Below, in pieces: positions 1-9,782 of a stretch of 64,000 nucleotides of DNA. The notes under the pieces are model-generated. The model was not told where the DNA came from, made no database searches, and saw nothing but the letters and a program-made list of their open reading frames with translations. The position numbers were made by a program, and so were the translations under genes. Origin of the DNA: an uncultured Verrucomicrobiae bacterium (lineage in GTDB: Bacteria; Verrucomicrobiota; Verrucomicrobiia; Limisphaerales; UBA11358); assembly GCA_963835625.1 (NCBI GenBank), contig CAWIGO010000010.1, forward strand, positions 127,626 to 191,625, in the 5' to 3' direction. Every line of letters begins with the position of its first letter. The first letter of the stretch is position 1.

Positions 1-738
1 ATCATCCTCGCCGCCGGATACGCTACGAGGTTGTATCCACTGACCCTGACACAACCCAAATCGTTGCTGACCGTCGCAGGCAAACCGATAATCGAGCATG
101 TGCTCGATAATCTCATTCCCATTGGCGGCATTGACCGGATTTACATCGTAACAAATGGGAAATTTGCCGCCCACTTCCAAAAATGGTCGGACCGTTATCG
201 CGCGACCAAGGCCAAACTGAATTTCACCATTGTCAACGACGGCTCGACCGACGATTCCAACAAACTCGGCGCGATTGGCGACATTCATTACGTCCTCAAA
301 ACGCAAAACGTGGACGCCGATTTGATCGTGGTGGCCAGCGACAATTTGTTCAGCGAAAAGTTGAGCGACTTCGGTAGATTCTGCCGCGAGAAAAACGCGC
401 CTGTGCTTGCCCTCTACGACGTGGGCGATTTGGAACAGATCAAAAAATACAATTCCATTTCCACCGACACGAATGGTCGCATCACATTCTTCGAGGAAAA
501 ACCGAAGAACCCGGCGAGCACGCTGACCGGCATCGCGCTTTATTATTATCCCAAGTCCACCATCCCGCTCATCAAGCAATACATTGCCGAGGGCAACAAT
601 CCCGATCAACCGGGCTGGCTCGTGCAATGGCTTTACTCGCGGACGCCGGTCTATACCTGGCGCGTGCCGGGCATCTGGCTCGATATCGGCTCGAAGGAAA
701 CTTTGGAGGAAGCGAACAGAATCTTCGAAAAGTTTTGA
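1..738 (+). CDS. Sugar-phosphate nucleotidyltransferase (NTP_transferase family), 5' end outside window
   Basis: Frame 1 is open from nt 1. IILAAGYATRLYPLTLTQPKSLL matches the G-x-G-T-R-L-x-P-L-T nucleotide-binding signature of glucose-1-P thymidylyl/uridylyl-transferase-like enzymes. The tracked ORF 31..738 is only the first in-frame alternative start. Confidence 0.8.
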   Translation: MILAAGYATRLYPLTLTQPKSLLTVAGKPIIEHVLDNLIPIGGIDRIYIVTNGKFAAHFQKWSDRYRATKAKLNFTIVNDGSTDDSNKLGAIGDIHYVLKTQNVDADLIVVASDNLFSEKLSDFGRFCREKNAPVLALYDVGDLEQIKKYNSISTDTNGRITFFEEKPKNPASTLTGIALYYYPKSTIPLIKQYIAEGNNPDQPGWLVQWLYSRTPVYTWRVPGIWLDIGSKETLEEANRIFEKF

Positions 739-891
739 TTGAATCTACGAACCGCAATTCACACGGTGGCAGGGCGTCATGCCCGTCCTGCCTGTTCAAC
801 CTAAAAATCACTTCGACGCCATGATTTAATTTTCGCGGTTCGAAAAGTATTTTCCGGAAAAGGACCTTCTGCTACAAGCAGGTTGTAGTCT

Positions 892-2049
892 GTGAACTTT
901 TTCGACCAGGAAACCCATGCCAAAAGGCAAACGCGTCTGCTCCTGTGCCTGTTCGGACTGGCGGTGTTCGCATTTGTGGTCCTGACTTACTTGATTCTCG
1001 TCGCGCCGATTCTGATTTTTTACAAACCGCCGCCGGAAAGCACGTCTGGATTTTTCCAATGGATTTGGGACGCGCGACTTGCCTTTTGGGTTGCGCTCGG
1101 CTCGGCGATTTCCATTTCGCTGGGCTGTTTTTACAAAATCCGCCTGCTTGCCGGCGGCGGTTCGGCCGTCGCGGAACTGCTCGGTGGACGAAAAATTGAA
1201 GCAAACCCTGCCGACCCGGATGAAAAACGATTGCGTGATGTCGTCGAGGAAATGGCCGTCGCGTCCGGCCTGCCCTTACCGGAAATTTATGTGCTCGACA
1301 GCGAGCGCGGCATCAATGCCTTCGCCGCCGGCCACGCGCACGACGACGTGGCCATCGGCATCACGTTTGGCGCGCTGAAATTGCTGAACCGCGACGAATT
1401 GCAGGGAATCATCGCGCACGAATTCAGCCACGTGCTGAACGGTGACACGCGGCTAAACATGAAGTTGATGGCGCTGGCGCACGGGCTTTTCTGGCCGACG
1501 GTTGTTGGCCGCATTTTGGTGCGCGGCTCGACGCACGCGCCGGAAATCGGCGACTCCATTTTTGACGAGGGCAACAATCCGGTTTTTCTGCCGACTGCGC
1601 CGATTGGCGTTTTGTTTTTGATTGTCGGGGGCATTAGTGCGCCCTTCGTGCGATTGCTAAAAAGCCTGATTTGTCGCGAACGCGAGTGGCTGGCCGACGC
1701 TGCCGCCGTGCAATTCACGCGCAATCCGGCGGGCATCGCTGGCGCGCTCAAGAAAATCGGCGGATTGTTCAAACAAGGCCGGCTCGACACGCCTTGCGCC
1801 GAAACTGCCAGCCATCTGTATTTTGTCAATTCAGCTTACGATCCGTGGCTCGGTTTTCTGTCCACTCACCCGCCGCTAACGAAACGGATTCTGGCGATTG
1901 ACTCGACCTTCGACTGCCAGTTCCCGCACATCAAATCACTGCCGCGACACGCGGATGAAAATCCGCAGGAAGTCAAATATGACCACTTGTATGAAGAAAA
2001 CGTCCGCCGCGCACGGGAGGAAGCCAAAGCCCGTGGCGAGCTGGAGTGA
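892..2049 (+). CDS. M48-family zinc metalloprotease (HtpX/Ste24-like), membrane anchored
   Basis: 385-aa ORF with N-terminal hydrophobic helices and an HExxH motif in IIAHEFSHVLNGD. Later EREWLADAAAVQFTRNP is typical of peptidase M48. Confidence 0.8.
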   Translation: MNFFDQETHAKRQTRLLLCLFGLAVFAFVVLTYLILVAPILIFYKPPPESTSGFFQWIWDARLAFWVALGSAISISLGCFYKIRLLAGGGSAVAELLGGRKIEANPADPDEKRLRDVVEEMAVASGLPLPEIYVLDSERGINAFAAGHAHDDVAIGITFGALKLLNRDELQGIIAHEFSHVLNGDTRLNMKLMALAHGLFWPTVVGRILVRGSTHAPEIGDSIFDEGNNPVFLPTAPIGVLFLIVGGISAPFVRLLKSLICREREWLADAAAVQFTRNPAGIAGALKKIGGLFKQGRLDTPCAETASHLYFVNSAYDPWLGFLSTHPPLTKRILAIDSTFDCQFPHIKSLPRHADENPQEVKYDHLYEENVRRAREEAKARGELE

Positions 2050-2052
2050 AAA

Positions 2053-3330
2053 TCACTTCGCCGTCAAGACGACATAGTTTTTTTTGCCCTTGCGCAATAA
2101 CAAATGTTTGCCAAAAAGCAAATCGTTTGAAGTCACGGCGCGTTGAACGTTTGGTTCACGAATATTGTTCACGTTTACGCCGCCACCTTCGATGTCCTTC
2201 CGCGCCTGTCCCTTTGAAGAACACAAGCCGGAATGAACGAGCAATTCAACCAATGACAAGCCGGCACCACCCAGCTTTGCTTTATCGATTTCTTTTGTCG
2301 GCGCTTCGCCAACGATCTCACTGAAGGTGCTCTCCGCAACGCCTTTCAGTTCGCCGCCAAAAAGAATCTCACTGGCACGAACGGCTTCCGCAGTGGCACC
2401 CGAACCGTGAATCAAATCCGTGACGGTCTTCGCCAGGGCTTTGTGCGCTTCGCGCGCGCCGGGATTTTCAGCGTGTTTCTTTTCCAGCGCTTCAATTTCT
2501 TCCTTCGACAAAAATGTGAAAAATTTCAGGTAACGAACCACATCCCGGTCGTCGGTATTGACCCAGAATTGGTAGAAGCGATAGACACTTGTTTTCTTCG
2601 GATCGAGCCAGATGGCGCCGGCTTCGGTCTTGCCGAATTTCGAGCCATCGGCATTCGTGATAAGCGGCAGCGTGAGACCGTAAGCCGTCTTGCCCAATTT
2701 CTTTCGGATGAGGTCAATGCCGGCGGTGATATTGCCCCATTGATCGCTGCCGCCGATTTGCAGCTCGCATCCGTATTTCTCGTAAAGCACCGAAAAATCG
2801 AACGCCTGAAGCAACATATAGCTGAATTCGGTGTAGCTGATGCCCGCGTCACGGTCTTCCATGCGTGCGCGGACGCTTTCCTTGGCGACCATCTGGTTGA
2901 CGGAAAAATGCTTGCCCACGTCGCGCAGGAAATCGAGATACGAGACATTCGCCGTCCACGAAGCGTTGTCCACAAGCCGCGCGGGATTCTTCTTCGTGTC
3001 AAAATCAAGCAACCGTTCAAGCTGTTCCTTGACACGGGAAATGTTGTGCGTGAGAACTTTCGGCGTGAGCAATTGACGTTCCTGCGTCTTGCCGCTGGGA
3101 TCTCCGACCATGCCGGTGGCGCCACCAGCAACGGCAATCGGATGATGGCCGAACAATTGAAATCGGCGCAGCGCGAGCAGCGGCACAAGGTTGCCGACGT
3201 GCAAACTATCCGCCGTCGGATCGAAACCGCAGTAGAGCGTGATGGGTGCGGAAATTTTTTTGGCCAGCTCCGCCGCATCGGTGCAATCAGCAACAAGGCC
3301 GCGCCAGTTCAGCTCTTCCAAGATGCTCAC
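2053..3330 (-). CDS. tyrS: Tyrosine--tRNA ligase
   Basis: 425-aa ORF. N-terminus LYCGFDPTADSLHVGNLVPLLALRRFQ (HIGH-type motif), KFGKT (KMSKS-type motif), and a C-terminal S4-like tail. Confidence 0.95.
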   Translation of the reverse strand: MSILEELNWRGLVADCTDAAELAKKISAPITLYCGFDPTADSLHVGNLVPLLALRRFQLFGHHPIAVAGGATGMVGDPSGKTQERQLLTPKVLTHNISRVKEQLERLLDFDTKKNPARLVDNASWTANVSYLDFLRDVGKHFSVNQMVAKESVRARMEDRDAGISYTEFSYMLLQAFDFSVLYEKYGCELQIGGSDQWGNITAGIDLIRKKLGKTAYGLTLPLITNADGSKFGKTEAGAIWLDPKKTSVYRFYQFWVNTDDRDVVRYLKFFTFLSKEEIEALEKKHAENPGAREAHKALAKTVTDLIHGSGATAEAVRASEILFGGELKGVAESTFSEIVGEAPTKEIDKAKLGGAGLSLVELLVHSGLCSSKGQARKDIEGGGVNVNNIREPNVQRAVTSNDLLFGKHLLLRKGKKNYVVLTAK

Positions 3331-3480
3331 GCGAACAGACTAATTCGCCGCTCGCCAATTGCCAACACCGACTTTCGTCGCGTGCTCGCGTCCCGCTGGC
3401 GGGACAGAGTCGCCAATTGGACTCAACGCGCACACATTTTGGACTTTAGACTTTGGACTCCGGACTTTAGCCTTCGCGCG

Positions 3481-5043
3481 ATGTCGCAAATGCTCAAGTC
3501 GTCCGGTGCGATGGCCGCCGCCACGCTGACCAGCCGCCTGCTCGGCATGGTGCGCGAGATGGTCTATGCGCGGTTCATGGGCGACAGCTGGGTGGCCGGC
3601 GCATTCCAGTTCGCGTTCACGATTCCCAATCTTTTCCGCCGCCTGCTCGGCGAAGGCGCGTTGACGGCGGCATTCATTCCTGTTTTCAAGGAAAAGGAAA
3701 AAACAGCCGGCGAAAAAGAAATGTGGCGCGCGGCCAATGCGGTGATTTCCGGATTGATTATCACCGCGAGTGTTATCGTTGCGTTCGCCCTGCTCGGCAT
3801 TTCCATCGCGCTGGCAGTGCATTCATTCGAGGCAAAAACGGAACTCATGCTGCGGCTGCTGCGCGTGATGTTTCCCTACATGCTGCCGGTATGCCTCGCC
3901 GCGGCGTTCATGGGCATGCTCAATGCGCGTGGACATTTCTTCATCCCGGCCATGAGCGCAACGATGCTCAACCTGGTGATGATTGCGTCCGTGCTCTGGT
4001 TCGCACCGCACATGGGACGTGAATTGGACGAGAAAATTTTCGCGCTTGCCATCGGCGTGCTGGCGGCGGGCGTTGCGCAGGCGGCGTTTCAACTGCCCAC
4101 GCTCTGGCACGACGGCTTTCGCTACCAGTGGATCTCGCCGTGGCGCAATGAAACGGTACGCCGCGTGATTTACAAAATGATTCCGGCTACGATTGGCGTG
4201 GCCGCGTTTCAAATCAATGTGACGCTGGTTCTCGCCATTGCGTTTTGGGTCAACCCGCAAATCGTCGCGTCGTTCAACTATGCCGTGCGCCTGATGGAAC
4301 TGCCGCAGGGCATGTTCGGCATTTCTTTGGCGACGTATTTGCTGCCGACGCTTTCCGGCCTGGCCGCGGAAAAAAATTACGCTGCATTTCGCGCCACGCT
4401 GCGGCATGGCATCGGCACGCTGATTTTTTTGAATTTGATTGCGGCCATTCTGCTCATTGTGCTGGCCGAACCAATTGTGCGGCTGCTGTTCGAACGCGGC
4501 GCATTCACCGCCGCCTCCACCGACCGCGCAACCTTTGCGCTCATATGCCTCGCGCCGGGGCTGGTGGCATTTTCGACAGTCAACATTCTGGCGCGGGCGT
4601 TTTACGCGGTCGGTGACACGCAAACACCGATGAAAATCAGCATCGTGTGTCTTGTCTTAAATCTGATTTTGGCCGCCGCGCTTGTTGTGCCGCTGCGGCA
4701 GGGCGGCCTCGGTCTGGCCAACACTGCGACTTCAATCTGCAACGCAAGTTTGCTGATTTACGCACTGCGCAAAAAACTCGGCAAGTTGGAAATGGAATCG
4801 TTGCGCGCCACATTTTTGCCGCTGGCATTGGCCGGGATGCTGGCCGGATTGGCCGCGTGGTTCGGCTGGCGGTTTTGGGAAAATTCACTCGGCCATGAAA
4901 CGCTTTTGCTGAAAACCGGCGGGGTGTTTGTCCCGGCGGGAATCGCCGGCTCGGTTTATTGGCTGGTTGCACTCGGATTCAAAATTCCGGCGGCGAAGGA
5001 AATCGCGGAATTTGCGCTGGCGCGATTCAAAAAAACAAGGTAG
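3481..5043 (+). CDS. murJ: Lipid II flippase MurJ (MviN)
   Basis: In-frame ATG at 3481 inside the 878-aa tracked ORF. MSQMLKSSGAMAAATLTSRLLGMVREMVYARFMG...AFQFAFTIPNLFRRLLGEGALTAAFIPVF is the canonical MurJ N-terminus, followed by a polytopic membrane profile. The upstream part of the ORF is antisense to tyrS. Confidence 0.9.
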   Translation: MSQMLKSSGAMAAATLTSRLLGMVREMVYARFMGDSWVAGAFQFAFTIPNLFRRLLGEGALTAAFIPVFKEKEKTAGEKEMWRAANAVISGLIITASVIVAFALLGISIALAVHSFEAKTELMLRLLRVMFPYMLPVCLAAAFMGMLNARGHFFIPAMSATMLNLVMIASVLWFAPHMGRELDEKIFALAIGVLAAGVAQAAFQLPTLWHDGFRYQWISPWRNETVRRVIYKMIPATIGVAAFQINVTLVLAIAFWVNPQIVASFNYAVRLMELPQGMFGISLATYLLPTLSGLAAEKNYAAFRATLRHGIGTLIFLNLIAAILLIVLAEPIVRLLFERGAFTAASTDRATFALICLAPGLVAFSTVNILARAFYAVGDTQTPMKISIVCLVLNLILAAALVVPLRQGGLGLANTATSICNASLLIYALRKKLGKLEMESLRATFLPLALAGMLAGLAAWFGWRFWENSLGHETLLLKTGGVFVPAGIAGSVYWLVALGFKIPAAKEIAEFALARFKKTR

Positions 5044-5100
5044 GGACGGCTCGCTGAAAATTTTCCGCCGGGAGGGCCGCCATTCTGGCCGCCCAAATTG

Positions 5101-5121
5101 GGGACGGCAAAATGCCGTCCC
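5101..5121. terminator. GC-rich hairpin GGGACGGCAAAATGCCGTCCC between convergent murJ and ispE
   Basis: Perfect 8-bp stem 9 nt beyond the ispE stop. There is no clear U-run on either strand. The murJ stop TAG is embedded in GGTAGGGACGG (5039..5049), the same word family as the GTAGGGAC elements elsewhere. Confidence 0.4.
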
Positions 5122-5129
5122 TCCCGGGT

Positions 5130-6002
5130 TCAAATCGGCACGACCGCCGTCCAGCAATTTTGTCCGAACTCCGACTTGAATTTTTCCGCGAGCGATTCGG
5201 CATCGGCAACATTTTCGGCAATGGCAAACGTTGTCGAACCACTGCCGGACATGAGCGTGGCGTGCGCGCCGTTGGCGCGAAGAAATTCCTGGAACAGCGC
5301 GAGCACCGAAAACTTCTCGAACGCTGGCGCTTCGAGTGAATTGTAAAATTCACTGCTGGCGGCGTGCAAACCTCCCGCTTGAAGTTTTGAAATCAGCTTT
5401 TGCGCACGGCCGCGCCGGCCATTTAAGACAACCGGAAACCGCGCGAGCGCCTGGTAAGCCCACGCAGTCAAAATGACGAAGCCGGGATGAATCAGCAAAA
5501 ACGCCTTGCCGCGCAACGCGGGAAAATCTTCGAGCGGCTGGATTTTTTCGCCGCGCCCGGTGGCGAGTGCGGGCCTGTTTTGCAAAAAAAACGGAACGTC
5601 CGACCCGAGTGCTGCAGCAAGTTCGTGCAACTTTTCCGAAGCGAGCGGTTGATCGAAAAGTTCATTCAACGCGAGCAGTGTCGTGGCGGCGTTGCCGCTG
5701 CCACCGCCAAGGCCGGCGGCAAGCGGAATTTTCTTCTCCAGATGAATACGGACACCGTCGCTGATCTTGGCCGCTTGCAAAAACGCAGTCGTCGCGCGGT
5801 GAATGAGATTTCGTCCGTCCGTCGGCAACGCCGCGTCGTTGCACGTGAGTTTGACGCCGTGCGCATCGCGCTCAAAAATCAGCCGGTCGCAGACATTGAC
5901 CGGATGCAGGATGGTTTCCAGTTCATGAAAACCATCGGGGCGCCTGCCGAGGATGTTCAGCAGCAGATTAATTTTGCACGGCGATTTTTTTTCGAGGCGC
6001 AT
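5130..6002 (-). CDS. ispE: 4-diphosphocytidyl-2-C-methyl-D-erythritol kinase
   Basis: 290-aa ORF. KINLLLNILGRRPDGFHELETI plus the GHMP-kinase loop PLAAGLGGGSGNAA. Confidence 0.9.
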   Translation of the reverse strand: MRLEKKSPCKINLLLNILGRRPDGFHELETILHPVNVCDRLIFERDAHGVKLTCNDAALPTDGRNLIHRATTAFLQAAKISDGVRIHLEKKIPLAAGLGGGSGNAATTLLALNELFDQPLASEKLHELAAALGSDVPFFLQNRPALATGRGEKIQPLEDFPALRGKAFLLIHPGFVILTAWAYQALARFPVVLNGRRGRAQKLISKLQAGGLHAASSEFYNSLEAPAFEKFSVLALFQEFLRANGAHATLMSGSGSTTFAIAENVADAESLAEKFKSEFGQNCWTAVVPI

Positions 6003-6073
6003 GGTGTTTCACGAAAACAAAACGCGCCAACGGGAATCTGTTGGCGCGTTGAGTAAAATGGATTGGGCCACAT

Positions 6074-6532
6074 TCAATCACCGAACACTCTGAACCGGCT
6101 ATTAGGGACGAACGGCGCAACATCACCGCCGCTAAAACCGACATAAGTGTCGGTGTCGAACATCGGGTCGGATATCAGGCCGGGCGTGTAGTTATCTGGG
6201 AAAACGGGTTCAGGCGCGAAGTATTTGGTGAAAATAGGATGATACGGCGGCAGCGGAAAAGTAGCGATTTCATAGAGGCCAATGCCCGTGCGCGCCAGCG
6301 AACGGTCGATGCCGCGAACAAGACCCACGGTATAGCCGGCGCCGGGCGAATCGAGCACAGCGGTTTGCTCAACGGAACGGCGCAGTTCGCCCATGCGGAC
6401 GATTTCAAAAGTGTTTCCCATCCCGCGACCGAGTTTTTGCTCCGGCCCTGCGCAACCAGCGGTGAACAATGTGGCGAGAGAAACCACTCCGAGAAAAGAA
6501 AGTGCATTACGCATAGATTTTAAAGTTGACAT
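6074..6532 (-). CDS. Lipoprotein, resembles the exosortase-associated TIGR04073 family
   Basis: Signal peptide with lipobox LFTAGC. KLGRGMGNTFEIV...GLVRGIDRSLARTGIGLYEIATFP recalls TIGR04073-type proteins. The family call is from memory only. Confidence 0.55.
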   Translation of the reverse strand: MSTLKSMRNALSFLGVVSLATLFTAGCAGPEQKLGRGMGNTFEIVRMGELRRSVEQTAVLDSPGAGYTVGLVRGIDRSLARTGIGLYEIATFPLPPYHPIFTKYFAPEPVFPDNYTPGLISDPMFDTDTYVGFSGGDVAPFVPNSRFRVFGD

Positions 6533-6571
6533 GCAGATCCTACGGCAAATCCAGCGGATGTAAAGTCCGTT

Positions 6572-7571
6572 TTACGATTCGCGCGCCGCGCGTTTCTTAT
6601 CCCGCCGATCCCAATACCATGCAATCCAGACGGTGATTTCATAAAGCAATTGCAGCGGCACGAACATAACGATTTGCGTGATGACTTCCGGCGTTGTGAG
6701 CACCGCGCCGAGAAACAGGTTGATCACGATCATGTAACGGCGCGCTTTCGACAACGTGCGATAATTGAGCACACCGATTTTGACGAGCGTGAGAACAACA
6801 ACGGGCAATTCAAATCCCAGCCCCATGCCAAGCATGAATTTGCAGACGAAACTGATGTAATCCTCCGCCCGCCATTGAAGCGCGCCGAGACCGAGCCAGC
6901 GGGAATACATCTGCGCCGCGGCCAGCGCCACCGGCATCAAAATGAAATAACAAAACGACACGCCGGTTAAAAAAAGTCCGACACCGATTATCAACCCGCG
7001 ATAAACGTATTTACGCTCGCGCAGTTTCAGCGCCGGAAAAACAAACGCCGCGATGAAGTAAAAAATGAACGGTGACGCCAGCACCGCACCGCCATAAATT
7101 GCCACTTGGAACGCCACCACAAATCCGCCAGCCGGACTAAGGTTGATGAGTTCAACGTTCACCCGCTGCGCGTCGGCGATGGCTTGCAAATTGTCGTTCA
7201 CCCGCCAGCCGAGAACCCGATTGGTGCCGACCGTGATGCGGTTCGACGGTAACGGCGACAAAACGGTTCGTGCCGAGGTTGAGCGATTGCCGTTGTTCGG
7301 GTGAAAGTTGAAAATTGCCGACGTGGTTGGTGCCGAAACTGACGATGACGACCTGGTTCGTTCCGTGGTATCCGACCGGGGCGCGTGTCAAAGGCCATTT
7401 GATGATTTGGACGATATAGTTGGCTGCAAAGAGGCAGACCAGCATCGCCAGGAAAAGCGTGACGACGCTTTTGATGAGCACCCAGCGGAAATCTTCGAGG
7501 TGTTCGAGAAAGGTTTTGACCGGGCCGCCTTCGGCCTCGTCAGGGCGTTCCGTTTCGTGGTCGCCGGCCAT
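6572..7571 (-). pseudogene. tatC: Sec-independent translocase TatC, split into two overlapping frames (7152..7571 and 6572..7261)
   Basis: The upstream ORF gives the TatC N-terminus and TM1 (FLEHLEDFRWVLIKSVVTLFLAMLVCLFAANYIV). The downstream ORF gives TM2-TM6 (ASPFIFYFIAAFVFPALKLRERKY...LLTTPEVITQIVMFVPLQLLYEI). The frame switch lies around 7225..7262. Confidence 0.8.
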
Positions 7572-7589
7572 GCCAGAAATGTTCCGCCG

Positions 7590-7862
7590 TCAGGCTTTGG
7601 GTGGATTGGAAGACTGTGAAACGGTCTGTTTGGGCTGCGACTGGCCGTTCGTCACGGACTTGTTTTGTTGCGCGGGTTTTTCTTCCGCCGCGTTTTGAAT
7701 TTCATCCGTCACTTCACGCGTCGCCTTTTTGAATTCCTTGATGCCCTGGCCCAAACCGCGGGCCAATTCGGGAATTTTTTTGGCGCCGAACAGCAGCAAC
7801 ACGGCCAATATGACGACAATCCACTCCCAGCCACCGAGAAAAGTTGCGAACATGGTATTCAT
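7590..7862 (-). CDS. tatA: Sec-independent translocase TatA/E
   Basis: [47 protein letters not shown] is a canonical TatA TM plus amphipathic helix. ATG at 7862 is preferred over the TTG at 7883. Confidence 0.85.
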   Translation of the reverse strand: MNTMFATFLGGWEWIVVILAVLLLFGAKKIPELARGLGQGIKEFKKATREVTDEIQNAAEEKPAQQNKSVTNGQSQPKQTVSQSSNPPKA

Positions 7863-7975
7863 AAATTTTTTCGAGCCTTGCAAACCCTACGCCCGTGCCC
7901 GGCATTAGTAAAGCCCCAAAAAAACAAGGGCCGCAACGCACGCAGCCCTTGAACAATTCAACATTTTCCCGCCAA

Positions 7976-8548
7976 TCAGACTCCGGTTTTGGGATGCAGC
8001 AGGACGAAGTCATCCCGGCGATTTTTCGCCCACGCGGCTTCGTCGTGGCCCGACTCCACCGGCTTGTCTTTGCCATAGCTGATGGTGCGGATGCGCGACG
8101 GATCAACGCCCAGCTTGGCCAGCGCCTCGCGGGCCGCCAGCGCGCGGCGCTCGCCGAGCGAGCGGTTGTATTCCTCCGTGCCGCGTTCATCGCAATTGCC
8201 TTCGATGAGCAGCTTTGTGCTCGGATCGCCGCTCAATGCATTGGCAACAGCCTTAAGGTTCGACTGCTCGCTGTGTCTGATGGCAGCGCTGTCGTAGGCA
8301 AAATGAATCGTGTAGGCCGCCAGCGCCGCGCGATCCATCGCCATGCCTTCAAAATCCGCCAAGCTCGTCGTCGGCACAACATTAGGTTCGGCCGGCAAAG
8401 TATTGCCAGGCCCCGTTTCGCCAACCATGCCTCCCGGCCCTGGCGGAATTGGCGTGACCCCGACGGGTTTGTGGCTTTTACAACCCGTGGCGGCCAGCGT
8501 AATGGCCAGCGCGAACGCCAGCGAGCAAGTCAGTTTCATTATTTTCAT
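7976..8548 (-). CDS. pal: Peptidoglycan-associated lipoprotein (OmpA-family, Pal)
   Basis: ATG at 8548 preceded by AAAGGA. Lipobox LAATGC. OmpA-like C-terminus FAYDSAAI...NCDERGTEEYNRSLGERRA. Lies immediately downstream of tolB. Confidence 0.85.
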   Translation of the reverse strand: MKIMKLTCSLAFALAITLAATGCKSHKPVGVTPIPPGPGGMVGETGPGNTLPAEPNVVPTTSLADFEGMAMDRAALAAYTIHFAYDSAAIRHSEQSNLKAVANALSGDPSTKLLIEGNCDERGTEEYNRSLGERRALAAREALAKLGVDPSRIRTISYGKDKPVESGHDEAAWAKNRRDDFVLLHPKTGV

Positions 8549-8588
8549 ATTTTTTCCTTTGGTTAAAAGTTTGTTAAAAAAGTTAAAT

Positions 8589-9782
8589 TTATCTCGCCCA
8601 AGCCGGTTCGGAATCATTGCCCGAAATTTGCTGAACATCCTTGGCTTGTTTTGTGAACACGTCAAGCAAAGACAGCACATATCGGTAGGATGACGTGCGC
8701 CGCACAAAAATCAGCGTGCGCGAATTTGGCGACCACGACGGGTCTTCGCCCGCCACGAGCACCGTAGGCGGTGCGCTGCCGTCCGCCGGCATGACACAAA
8801 TGTCAAACTCACCCATTTGCGAAGTGAATGCGATCCATTTGCCGTCCGGCGACCAGTCGGGTTCAGTCGGGTTCGGCGCGCCGGGAGTCGGAATCTGCTG
8901 CATCGCACCGCCGGCTGCCGGCACTTTTGCCAACACGCGCCGTTCGTGGATTTTCGTCGCAAAACAAATCCATTGTCCGTCCGGCGACCAGCACGGCGAC
9001 GATTCATCTTCGGGCGTGGCGGTCAACTGCTTCAAATTCGAGCCGTCGGCATCGCAGACCCAAACGTCCGGGCTGCCACCCTTGCTCAAAATCATTGCCA
9101 CTTTTGTGCCGTCCGGTGACACCGCCGCACTCGTGTTCAAACCGGAATGACCCGCAATGACGCGGCGCTGGCCGGTAGTAAGATTGTGATAAAAAATGTC
9201 CGGGTTGCCGAGCTTGTAAGACGTGTAATAAAGCGCGAGTTGTCCGGACACCCAAGCGGGCGCGGCGACAATTGTATTGTCATGCGTGATGGCTTGCGCG
9301 TTGTGGCCGTCAAAATCGGCGGCGTAAATTTCCCCGTTGCCGCCGGCGGACTCGACCTTGAATGCGATTTTTGTCTGCGCGATGCCCTTTTTGCCGGTGA
9401 TGGCTTGCACAATGTCATCGGCAAACGCGTGCGCCTGACGCCGCAACGTCGCGCCTGTGTAACTGCGGGAGAGCAGCGCGTTTTTGCTGAAACGATCCAC
9501 GACACGCCCTTGAACATTGCCCCCGCTGCTGCCGCTGATTTGATATTGCGCCGCGTCTGGACTGACAAACGTGAAGCCCTGAACGTAAAGGTCGAATTTC
9601 AAAACGTCCGCGACTTCGCCACTGAAACCATCGAGCGAAACGGGAATCGGTTTGGACTGACCCAGAACGTTGATTTCTTGTTGAATATTAATCTCATTTT
9701 GGCCGCGGGCAAAATTGACCGCGAGCACCGCGAGCAAAATCGGCAGACAAGGTTTTATCAAAGGAAGGCAATTATTTTTCAT
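8589..9782 (-). CDS. tolB: Tol-Pal system beta-propeller protein TolB
   Basis: 397-aa secreted protein with repeated SPDG/WSPDG propeller blades, positioned between the tolA-like gene and pal. Confidence 0.85.
   Translation of the reverse strand: MKNNCLPLIKPCLPILLAVLAVNFARGQNEINIQQEINVLGQSKPIPVSLDGFSGEVADVLKFDLYVQGFTFVSPDAAQYQISGSSGGNVQGRVVDRFSKNALLSRSYTGATLRRQAHAFADDIVQAITGKKGIAQTKIAFKVESAGGNGEIYAADFDGHNAQAITHDNTIVAAPAWVSGQLALYYTSYKLGNPDIFYHNLTTGQRRVIAGHSGLNTSAAVSPDGTKVAMILSKGGSPDVWVCDADGSNLKQLTATPEDESSPCWSPDGQWICFATKIHERRVLAKVPAAGGAMQQIPTPGAPNPTEPDWSPDGKWIAFTSQMGEFDICVMPADGSAPPTVLVAGEDPSWSPNSRTLIFVRRTSSYRYVLSLLDVFTKQAKDVQQISGNDSEPAWAR

Noticed and set aside
2407-3480. First 358 codons of the 878-aa tracked ORF upstream of murJ
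   Set aside because: This part lies antisense to the clearly homologous tyrS gene and has Arg/Gly/Phe-rich, low-information sequence. The MurJ N-terminal signature starts at the ATG at 3481.
3331-3480. T-box or other leader upstream of tyrS; GGACTTTAG word repeats
   Set aside because: There is no specifier or antiterminator architecture, and T-boxes are not expected in this lineage. The word repeats (3441..3478) are direct, not structured, and too short to interpret.
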